Source: Eubacteriales bacterium
GTDB lineage: Bacteria; Bacillota; Clostridia; Oscillospirales; CAG-272
DNA length: 55,958 bases
Assembly: GCA_045535375.1 (NCBI GenBank)
Contig: JAZSLM010000044.1
Location: 1-55,958, forward strand
Reading direction: 5' to 3'
The notes under the pieces were generated by a model. It was not told the origin of the DNA, did not search any database, and saw only the letters and a program-made list of their open reading frames with translations. Both the position numbers and the translations under genes were made by a program. Below are positions 1-7,551 of this stretch, one piece after another. The stretch's first letter is position 1; each line of letters starts with the position of its first letter.

Positions 1-1
1 G

Positions 2-30
2 TTGACATTTCAAATTCAATCGTCTATAAT
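2..30 (+). promoter_or_regulatory. sigma-A promoter of tRNA-Leu
   Basis: TTGACA (2-7), 17-nt spacer, TATAAT (25-30); perfect consensus. Confidence 0.9.
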
Positions 31-43
31 AATAAACGTTCAC

Positions 44-128
44 GCGAGAGTGGCGGAACTGGCAGACGCGCACGTTTGAGGGGCGTGTGGTTCACACCGT
101 ACGGGTTCAAGTCCCGTTTCTCGCACCA
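44..128 (+). tRNA. tRNA-Leu(GAG)
   Basis: Acceptor stem GCGAGAG/TTCTCGC, D-arm TGGCGGAACTGGCAGAC, anticodon stem CACGT/GCGTG with loop TTGAGGG, long variable arm, T-loop GGTTCAAGTCC, encoded CCA. Confidence 0.96.
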
Positions 129-168
129 AAGAGATCGCACAGCCACTTGTGGCTGTGCGATCTCTTTT
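128..168 (+). terminator. Rho-independent terminator after tRNA
   Basis: ~18-bp inverted repeat AAAGAGATCGCACAGCCA/TGGCTGTGCGATCTCTTT plus T run. Confidence 0.85.
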
Positions 169-183
169 ATGCAGGATGGTATT

Positions 184-291
184 ACTTGAACCCGCTTCGT
201 GTTGCAAAGCAACACGAAAGGTTGCGCGCGAGAGATCGGATTATAGCAGTAAAGCATATGCGCAACCGTGGGTTCGTAAGTCCCGTTTCTC
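184..291. repeat. structured element with partial copy and complement of tRNA T-arm/3' end
   Basis: ACTTGAACCCG (184-194) is the reverse complement of tRNA 102-112; GGGTTC-gt-AAGTCCCGTTTCTC (270-291) copies the tRNA 3' end; internal hairpins. Confidence 0.65.
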
Positions 292-300
292 CTTTTTTTC

Positions 301-329
301 TTGACAATTCCACTCAAATATTGTATAAT
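301..329 (+). promoter_or_regulatory. sigma-A promoter
   Basis: TTGACA (301-306), 17 nt, TATAAT (324-329). Confidence 0.88.
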
Positions 330-356
330 ATCTAAAACACAAATTTTGGAGGCACT

Positions 357-1718
357 ATGAAAACCCGACTCTTGCGTCTTGGCACATTTTTACTTGCTTT
401 GATAACTCTTCTTACTGCCTTTGCCGCTTGCACAAACAACGTAGCGGGAGAGGTTACAACAGAAGAGATCGTTACCACAGAAGCTCCCGCGCTTGAAGAA
501 ACGACCGCAGAGGAAACCGAGCCGGCACCGAAGGTTTATCTCACCGTAAACGCAGAAAATGCAAGCTCGGTAACCATTGTCAGATCCGACAGCATTCAGA
601 AGCTTACGACACAGCTCGATCTCTTTACCGCTTTCCGCAAGGAGATAAACAAGCGATTCGGCGCTACCTTCCCCATAGCTACCGATTTCGTTATGCCCGG
701 TCAATCGGTTGACGAAAATATCGAAATTCTTGTCGGAGAAACCGTCCGCGACGCAAGCGTTGAGCTTAAGACAAAGCTCGAGACTCTCGGTTCGCACGGA
801 TTTGGGATCATCGTCCGCGGCAACAAGATCGCGGTGGACGGAACTACCTTTGATATGCTCTACAAGGGACTCGATCACCTCCTTGAAAATTTCGTAACCA
901 AGGACGAATCCGGCAATCCGCAGATCAAACTTGAGGAAGGCTTTGAATACATCGAAAAGACCGCGGACGGCTATATTTCCCCCGAGGAAGTTATGGCGTC
1001 GGGAAGAGAAATGGCGTTCTATAGCATTGAAAAGCTCGCAGAAGTTCCTACTTATAACGGCTGTGACGTTATGCAAGGGGGAGGAAGCGACGGAAAATAC
1101 GCTTACTACGCAATGATCAACAAGTCCACCACTCCCGAGACGGGAATGATCTATAAATATGATAAAGAAACCTGGGAGCTCGTTGCAAAATCCAAACCTA
1201 TGCCCTCGGGTCATACCAACGACATCACCTACGATTCGAAGAATCACCGTCTCGTTATCTCCTTCTGTTCGGCCTCCGACGGCTACAAAGGCCTTGTTTT
1301 CGTAAATCCCGACACCCTTGAGTTTATTGAATACGTAGTATGTCCCACCTCAAACAGAGGCGTTTGCTACCTTCCCGCAACGAATCAGTATCTCTTCGCG
1401 ACCGGTTATACCTTCCATCTCACGGATGAAAACTTCAATACAATAAAGAGCACCCAAGACGGGTATGCCGAGCTGACCACACAAGGTTTCTACTGCGACG
1501 GCAAGTATATCTTCGATCCCCGCTGGAAGTCGGGTGCAAGATACCAGACCATTACAATAAACACTCTTGATGGCGAGTTTATTGCCGCAGTGCCGTTTTA
1601 TAACGTCGATGGCGAACCCGAAAATATCTACCGCGATGGCAATAGCTTTATTATGGGATGTAACAAGTCGGATGCGGTATTCCGCATCGCACTCCTCTAT
1701 AAGAATTGGTGGGAATAA
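357..1718 (+). CDS. lipoprotein, hypothetical; probable C-terminal beta-propeller
   Basis: GGAGG RBS, signal peptide with lipobox FAAC, Thr/Glu/Pro linker, repeated beta-rich blades. Confidence 0.75.
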   Translation: MKTRLLRLGTFLLALITLLTAFAACTNNVAGEVTTEEIVTTEAPALEETTAEETEPAPKVYLTVNAENASSVTIVRSDSIQKLTTQLDLFTAFRKEINKRFGATFPIATDFVMPGQSVDENIEILVGETVRDASVELKTKLETLGSHGFGIIVRGNKIAVDGTTFDMLYKGLDHLLENFVTKDESGNPQIKLEEGFEYIEKTADGYISPEEVMASGREMAFYSIEKLAEVPTYNGCDVMQGGGSDGKYAYYAMINKSTTPETGMIYKYDKETWELVAKSKPMPSGHTNDITYDSKNHRLVISFCSASDGYKGLVFVNPDTLEFIEYVVCPTSNRGVCYLPATNQYLFATGYTFHLTDENFNTIKSTQDGYAELTTQGFYCDGKYIFDPRWKSGARYQTITINTLDGEFIAAVPFYNVDGEPENIYRDGNSFIMGCNKSDAVFRIALLYKNWWE

Positions 1719-2248
1719 TGGAACTTAACATCATAATAGGACAGATACTCAGCGTTGTCGCTCCGATAATCACGTTCGTATCATATCAGGTAAACTCAAA
1801 GAAAAAGCTCCTGATACTCCAGACCGCGGCGACGCTTGCAACCTGTCTCTCATACCTTCTTCTCGGTGCGAAATCGGGCTTTGCGCTCAATATCGTCTGC
1901 ATCATCCGAAATATCGCATTCTTCTTCCAGGATTCAAAGTCGAAGTTCAATCTCATTTCGGCTTGCGTTCTTGCCGCGGTAATGGGCGGACTCGGATTCC
2001 TTTCCTGGGAAGGACCGATCTCGCTGCTCGTAATCATCGCGCTGGCGGCAAACACGATCTTTATGTCCTTTGGCGACGCTCAGTTGCTGCGTAAGAGTGT
2101 GATATGCACGTCCTCTATGATACTTGTCTACAATATTTGCATTCCCAATCCCACAATAGGCGGCATTATCAACGAAAGCGTCGCCATCGTCGCATCGATC
2201 ATAGGTATTATTACTTTTGTTAAAATGAAAAAGGAGATAACCAAATGA
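1718..2248 (+). CDS. YgjV-family inner membrane protein
   Basis: Hydrophobic multi-TM protein, SYQ..KKKLL and LLLGA.SG..LN...IIRN motifs; TAATG overlap supports start at 1718. Confidence 0.75.
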   Translation: MELNIIIGQILSVVAPIITFVSYQVNSKKKLLILQTAATLATCLSYLLLGAKSGFALNIVCIIRNIAFFFQDSKSKFNLISACVLAAVMGGLGFLSWEGPISLLVIIALAANTIFMSFGDAQLLRKSVICTSSMILVYNICIPNPTIGGIINESVAIVASIIGIITFVKMKKEITK

Positions 2249-2994
2249 TTATTAAACGTGAATTGCCCCCCAAAAGTGAGCGTAAGATCGACCCCTTCAG
2301 AATGTTCGGAAACGTATACTTCGTAGGTACCTATGCCGAATCGTCGCACGTTATCGACACAGGAGAGGGACTGATAATGATCGACACAGGCTCACCGTCA
2401 AATCTCTCCGTGATCCTTGCGGGACTTGAAAAACTCGGATTCGTTCCCTCGGATGTAAAATACATAATCAATTCCCATTGGCACTGGGATCATACCGAAG
2501 CTACCGGCGCAATGGTTGAACTTTCCGGCGCAAAAACTCTGATCGGACGTGAGGATTACGAAAAGGCAAAGAGATATTTCGATGCAGATATCCTCATCTC
2601 CGAGGGCGATACGCTCACTCTCGGAAACACCACGATAAACTTTATCGAAACTCCCGGGCATACCAAAGGTACGCTTTCCTTCTTCTTCAATGTCGAGGAG
2701 GAGGGAAGAGTAGTTCGCGCGGGAATGTTCGGCGGCGCGGGAGTCAACACGCTGCATCAAGGTAAATTTGATTACGAGGGTTGCCGAGAGGACTACCGCA
2801 AATCTGTCAACCGACTTCTGGGCGAAAAAGTCGAGCTCTTCCTCGGCAACCACAGTTGGAATAATCACACCTACGAAAAATGGCTCGATCTCTGTGAGAC
2901 CGGCGAAAACCTCTTTGTCGATCCTTCCGAGTGGACCCGATTCCTCGAATCCTGCTTGCGCAAGCTCGACGAAACGATTGCAAAAGATAATTGA
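2245..2994 (+). CDS. MBL-fold metallo-hydrolase, subclass B3-like
   Basis: PFRMFGNVYFVGT, IDTG, SHWHWDH, TPGHTKG, LGNH. Confidence 0.88.
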   Translation: MIIKRELPPKSERKIDPFRMFGNVYFVGTYAESSHVIDTGEGLIMIDTGSPSNLSVILAGLEKLGFVPSDVKYIINSHWHWDHTEATGAMVELSGAKTLIGREDYEKAKRYFDADILISEGDTLTLGNTTINFIETPGHTKGTLSFFFNVEEEGRVVRAGMFGGAGVNTLHQGKFDYEGCREDYRKSVNRLLGEKVELFLGNHSWNNHTYEKWLDLCETGENLFVDPSEWTRFLESCLRKLDETIAKDN

Positions 2995-3022
2995 AAAAAA
3001 CGAGGCTTTGGCCTCGTTTTTT
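2995..3022. terminator. bidirectional terminator
   Basis: A run, CGAGGC/GCCTCG stem, T run between convergent genes. Confidence 0.8.
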
Positions 3023-4089
3023 CAGTATTTCTCAATACTGCAAATACCGCTTTTCATAATGACCTTGCGGAGGAGCGGAGAGCAGAGTATCTTCATTTTC
3101 GGGATCTTGAAGAAAAGCTTGAGGCGCAACTTTGAGGTCTTTTTCTTGTAAGCTTTAAGTACCTTATCGGGATCACTCTTCGACGCAAAAGCGTCTGCGA
3201 GATATTTTCCGCTGAGAAATGCACTGCTTATTCCCTCGAAAGAGCTTGCGCTGATAAGTCCCGCCGCTTCACCGATGAGGAATACACCGTCTTTGCCCGA
3301 GATAAAATCACGTGGACTTCTTGGACTTGTCAACAGACAAGCTTCGATCCTCACAGCATCGCCAAATGAGTGCCCGAGGTGTTTTTCTACTCTTTCTTTC
3401 TGCTTGAAATATGCTTCGCGCCCGCCCTTGATGTCAAAGGCACCGCCGAAAATGACGTATCCGTCCTTGCGGATAGTCCACGAACAGCTATCCGAGGTCT
3501 CGGGGTCGTAGATGCAGGAATAGCTGGGCATATCTCCGCCGTCATCCTTGAAATGCTCCTGGATCGAAATGTAAAGCTTGCTCGGAGAATCGAAATATGT
3601 GCGTCTGACAATAGACGAGCCTCCGTCCGCGCCGACAATATAATCAGTGAGTATTTCGATGTTTTTATCGTCGCGTTCAATTTCGATTTTCGTTTTTCCG
3701 GCAGAGCATTTTGAAATAGAATGGCATCTTCCTCGGATTATATCAACATTTTCGGGAATCAGCTCCAGAAGCCACTCGTCAAAAGCCGCACGATCCATAT
3801 TCAGATAATGACGCTGATAGTTTCGAGTGATACCGGATGCAAGATCTATCGTTTTGACGTCAAAGATCTGCGGGTCGGCAAGAATGCTCTTGGGCAGATC
3901 GAGATCAAACTGCGCCAGCACCTTTTGCGCATCGGGTGCAAGAAGACCGCCGCAGACTTTGCTTCCCGTCCTCGGCTTTTCATCTATAAGTACTATCCTT
4001 TTTTCGGGGCAGGATTTTGCAAGCTCGCGGGCAAAAGTCGCTCCCGCGGGCCCTCCACCGATAACGGCGATATCGTAGTGAGTGTTCAT
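3022..4089 (-). CDS. cbrA: CbrA-like FAD-binding oxidoreductase (geranylgeranyl reductase family)
   Basis: GGGPAG FAD motif, CGGLLAPDAQ, VGADG, IGEAAG.IS.SSFEGIS; start reassigned to ATG 4089. Confidence 0.8.
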   Translation of the reverse strand: MNTHYDIAVIGGGPAGATFARELAKSCPEKRIVLIDEKPRTGSKVCGGLLAPDAQKVLAQFDLDLPKSILADPQIFDVKTIDLASGITRNYQRHYLNMDRAAFDEWLLELIPENVDIIRGRCHSISKCSAGKTKIEIERDDKNIEILTDYIVGADGGSSIVRRTYFDSPSKLYISIQEHFKDDGGDMPSYSCIYDPETSDSCSWTIRKDGYVIFGGAFDIKGGREAYFKQKERVEKHLGHSFGDAVRIEACLLTSPRSPRDFISGKDGVFLIGEAAGLISASSFEGISSAFLSGKYLADAFASKSDPDKVLKAYKKKTSKLRLKLFFKIPKMKILCSPLLRKVIMKSGICSIEKY

Positions 4090-4117
4090 GAGAATTACTC
4101 CGTTATTTGATGAATTA

Positions 4118-4219
4118 ATTATACAATATAATCGATGCAAAGTCAATAGAAATTATTTTTATAAAATTATATCAAATTATCTCATTCCTCTTGATTTTTT
4201 TTACATTTTGGTGTATTAT
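4118..4219. promoter_or_regulatory. divergent sigma-A promoters (cbrA / glnA)
   Basis: Minus strand TTGACT-17-TATAAT (4146-4118); plus strand TTGATT-17-TATTAT (4191-4219). Confidence 0.7.
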
Positions 4220-4249
4220 ATTATCAATTAAAAACACGGAGGCACAAAA

Positions 4250-5674
4250 ATGAGCAAGAATGTAAAAGATATTATCCGGATGATCGAAGAAAACGGTATC
4301 AAGATGATCGACTTCAAGATGGTCGATATCAACGGTCAGTACCGTCATGTATCCATCCCCGCGGCAAACTTCTCCGAGGACACCATGAAGAGCGGCATCG
4401 GTTTCGACGCGTCCAACTACGGCTACGCAGTTGTAGAGAAGAGCGATATGGTCTTCATCCCCGACCCCGACACCGCAGTCATCGACCCCTTCTGCTCCAT
4501 CCCTACTCTTTCGATGACGGGTAACGCTATGATCATCGACACACCCGAAAACCGTCCCCTTCCTCAGTACCCCAGAAACATCATCAAGGCTGCCGTTGAG
4601 CAGATGAAGCAGAGCGGTATCGCCGACGAGATGTTCATCCTTCCCGAATTTGAGTTCTACCTCTTTGACCGCGCAGGCTGGCAGGTCAGCGGAAGCGAGA
4701 TCAGCGCCACCGTTGACGCAAAGCAGTCTTATTGGAACAGCGCGACCGAGGGCCTCGGCGTCGTCGTTCCAAAGCAGAAGAATTACCATATAGCAAAGCC
4801 CTTCGACGTTTCCTATGAAGCGCGCAGTGAAATGTGCCTTCTTATGAAGGAAATGGGCATCGAGATCAACTACCACCATCCCGAGGTTGCCGCTTCGGGT
4901 CAGTTCGAGATCGAACCTCAGCTCGGCGAGGTCGTTCATATGGCGGATGCAACGATGATGATCAAGTACATCATTCACAACACCGCCCTCAAGTACGGCA
5001 AGACCGCAACCTTTATGCCCAAGCCCATCTACGGCGAGGCAGGAAGCGGAATGCACGTTCATATGCTCCTTATGAAGGACGGCAAGCCCGTATTCTCGGA
5101 CGATAACGGCTACGCGCATCTTTCCGAGACCGCGCATTACTTCATGGGCGGACTTCTCAAGCATATCGCGTCCCTCTGCGCACTCACCAATCCCAGCACC
5201 AACTCCTTCAAGCGTCTCGTCCCCGGCTTCGAAGCACCCGTAACCGTCGGCTATGCGACCTCGAACAGAAGCGCCGTCATCCGTATCCCTGCATACGCAA
5301 AGTCGCCCGAGAAGCGCCGTTTCGAGCTCCGTAACCCCGATGCGACCTGCAACCCCTACTTCTGCTACGCCGCTATCCTTATGGCGGGACTCGACGGTGT
5401 CAAGAATAAGATAGACCCCCACGCTGAAGGCTGGGGACCCTACGACTTCAACCTCTTCCACCTTCCTGAGGAAGAGAAGGCAAAGCTCAAGGGACTTCCC
5501 ACCTCGCTCGAGCAGGCTCTCACCGCTCTCGAGGAGGACCACGACTACCTCACCGCAGGCGGCGTATTCCCTGAGGAGCTTATCACCAATTTCATCAAGA
5601 CCAAGCGCGCCGAGTGCAGCGAGATGTCCAAGATCCCGCACCCCGCAGAGTTTGATAAGTACTTCAACCTTTGA
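4250..5674 (+). CDS. glnA: type I glutamine synthetase
   Basis: FDAS, EFEFY, HHPEV, ATFMPKP, GSGMHVH, NRSAVIRIP, RFELRNPD..CNPY. Confidence 0.97.
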   Translation: MSKNVKDIIRMIEENGIKMIDFKMVDINGQYRHVSIPAANFSEDTMKSGIGFDASNYGYAVVEKSDMVFIPDPDTAVIDPFCSIPTLSMTGNAMIIDTPENRPLPQYPRNIIKAAVEQMKQSGIADEMFILPEFEFYLFDRAGWQVSGSEISATVDAKQSYWNSATEGLGVVVPKQKNYHIAKPFDVSYEARSEMCLLMKEMGIEINYHHPEVAASGQFEIEPQLGEVVHMADATMMIKYIIHNTALKYGKTATFMPKPIYGEAGSGMHVHMLLMKDGKPVFSDDNGYAHLSETAHYFMGGLLKHIASLCALTNPSTNSFKRLVPGFEAPVTVGYATSNRSAVIRIPAYAKSPEKRRFELRNPDATCNPYFCYAAILMAGLDGVKNKIDPHAEGWGPYDFNLFHLPEEEKAKLKGLPTSLEQALTALEEDHDYLTAGGVFPEELITNFIKTKRAECSEMSKIPHPAEFDKYFNL

Positions 5675-5682
5675 TCGTAATT

Positions 5683-5970
5683 ATGGACAATATGAAATGT
5701 CTCCGCTGCGGAGAGGATATGCAGTATCTGTCGCGTGAGAGGATCCAACTCGGCAAGACCGGATGGGTCCTCGGCGACCTGCCGAATCTTTTGTCGGGCG
5801 CACTTGAAGTGCAGATATACGTTTGCCCAAAGTGCCGAAAGCTTGAGTTCTTCCTCGCGGAAAACGAAACGCTCGACGATGAGACCCCGAAAAAGACCTG
5901 CCCCGACTGCGGCACGGTCCACGATTTCGATTATCCGAAGTGTCCAAACTGTAAGCACGAATATTTCTGA
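5683..5970 (+). CDS. small double zinc-ribbon protein
   Basis: Four CxxC pairs (CLRC, CPKC, CPDC, CPNC). Confidence 0.8.
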   Translation: MDNMKCLRCGEDMQYLSRERIQLGKTGWVLGDLPNLLSGALEVQIYVCPKCRKLEFFLAENETLDDETPKKTCPDCGTVHDFDYPKCPNCKHEYF

Positions 5971-5976
5971 TAATTA

Positions 5977-6004
5977 ACAGAGCACCGCCCGCGCGGTGCT
6001 CTGT
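5977..6004. terminator. hairpin terminator between convergent genes
   Basis: ACAGAGCACCGC/GCGGTGCTCTGT inverted repeat. Confidence 0.7.
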
Positions 6005-6008
6005 GATT

Positions 6009-7310
6009 TTAATTCTTTTTCTTTGTGACTTTGACAATGTAGATCCCTGCGAACAGTGCAATCTCTGCAAAGATAGCGATACCAAGCATAGATATGATCT
6101 CCGATTTTATAGTGTTTGCCGCTCTCATCGCCTCGCGGGTGTAAACGATTATCGGACAGCGATCTTCGGAGTCGGTGTTATACTTAATGCTCGAATACAG
6201 ATTTGAATGAAAATAGTATTCGAGAATTTCGTTCCCGTGCTTGTCTCGCAGAACGACAGAGTTCTTGAAAGGCTCGGGATCGTTCTCGTCGATGATGAGC
6301 GCACTGCCAACTAAATTTCCGTCAGAGTCGTAATACCACTCGCCCGATTCGTTTTTCGTTTCGTCATAGCTTGATTCCATATATTTTTTGAACTCTTCGG
6401 GAGTTTCAAGTACTACCTTGTCGGCAAATGCCGTGGTAGCGATACTCTCAACGACCGCTATTGCAATACCGAGAAGAATGGCGATAACCAAGCTTACCGA
6501 CGAAAGACGAATGAGAAGCTTTCGCGTATATTTTTCACGCGAAAGTCCCACTTCATTAAAAATGAGAATATTCCGACGAATCAGCGCAGGCTTGATAATA
6601 ATGCGGTAGATCAGGTATGCAAGAATGAAGCCTGCGACAGCGAAGGCGATTCCGTACAATAGCCAAGAACTGAATCCAAGACCGAAATTCACACCGTTGA
6701 TGAGCGTGACGAGGGGCAGACAGAACGCGAAGATCGCGATATTTACAAAATAAACAGCTATTGATTTTTGTAAAAACGATGTGTTTGCCTCGTCTATAAG
6801 CTCGCGATAATCGTCATCATCGTTCACTGCGATTTTTGTGTTGGATGTAAAGCAGATCTGGCAGATAGTGCCTGTGAGCAGGAACGCCGATGTAACAAAG
6901 AACGCGATCAATCCCTTCGAGAAGCCGAGGTTGATTATCATTCCAACGATGAGACCGAACAGGGATATTCCGATCGAGATGAGCGTGAGATTGTCGAATT
7001 TTCGCTTCATATTGAAAAGCATAGCCTTGAATTGCTTTTCGCTTTTCTTCTTTTGCTTGATCGCTGCTTCCTCGTTTGGCTGTTCGTATGATTCGCCCGC
7101 GTTTCGCTCCCCTCTCAAAAGCTCATCCGTCGTGATCCCGAAGATCTCCGCAATCGCAGGGATCAGCGAAAGCTCGGGCGCACACTCGTCGCGCTCCCAA
7201 CGGCTGACTGTCTTATCCGAAACGAATAATTTGTCACCGAGTTCCTTTTGTGTCATGCCGTTCGCTTTGCGCAGAACGGCTATAAATTTGCCTATTGTTT
7301 TCTTTTCCAT
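6009..7310 (-). CDS. XRE-family HTH regulator with multiple TM segments
   Basis: IGKFIAVLRK..GMTQKELGDKLFVSDKTVSRWE HTH followed by about six hydrophobic helices. Confidence 0.9.
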   Translation of the reverse strand: MEKKTIGKFIAVLRKANGMTQKELGDKLFVSDKTVSRWERDECAPELSLIPAIAEIFGITTDELLRGERNAGESYEQPNEEAAIKQKKKSEKQFKAMLFNMKRKFDNLTLISIGISLFGLIVGMIINLGFSKGLIAFFVTSAFLLTGTICQICFTSNTKIAVNDDDDYRELIDEANTSFLQKSIAVYFVNIAIFAFCLPLVTLINGVNFGLGFSSWLLYGIAFAVAGFILAYLIYRIIIKPALIRRNILIFNEVGLSREKYTRKLLIRLSSVSLVIAILLGIAIAVVESIATTAFADKVVLETPEEFKKYMESSYDETKNESGEWYYDSDGNLVGSALIIDENDPEPFKNSVVLRDKHGNEILEYYFHSNLYSSIKYNTDSEDRCPIIVYTREAMRAANTIKSEIISMLGIAIFAEIALFAGIYIVKVTKKKN

Positions 7311-7491
7311 AACGTACCTCCATAGGTTTCAGTGCAGCCTGCCGGCTTGGCTGTGACTACATTCTACCATAACGTCGGAGAAAATACCACCCCCGCGACC
7401 GAGAATGACTCTCGGAAAGCGAGAATTTGCCTTATTTGACACTATTATATCATATTTCCGCCCTCTTTTCAATCGGAAATCAAATTATCTA

Positions 7492-7520
7492 TTGTAAAAA
7501 AGAGGAATTTATGATATAAT
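7492..7520 (+). promoter_or_regulatory. sigma-A promoter of decarboxylase-like operon
   Basis: TTGTAA-17-TATAAT with extended TG. Confidence 0.7.
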
Positions 7521-7551
7521 TAATTGATTATATAATTTTGGAGATATATCT

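Noticed and set aside
24-335. ORFs 24-317 (-) and 87-335 (+)
   Set aside because: They overlap the tRNA, its terminator and the hairpin element; spurious.
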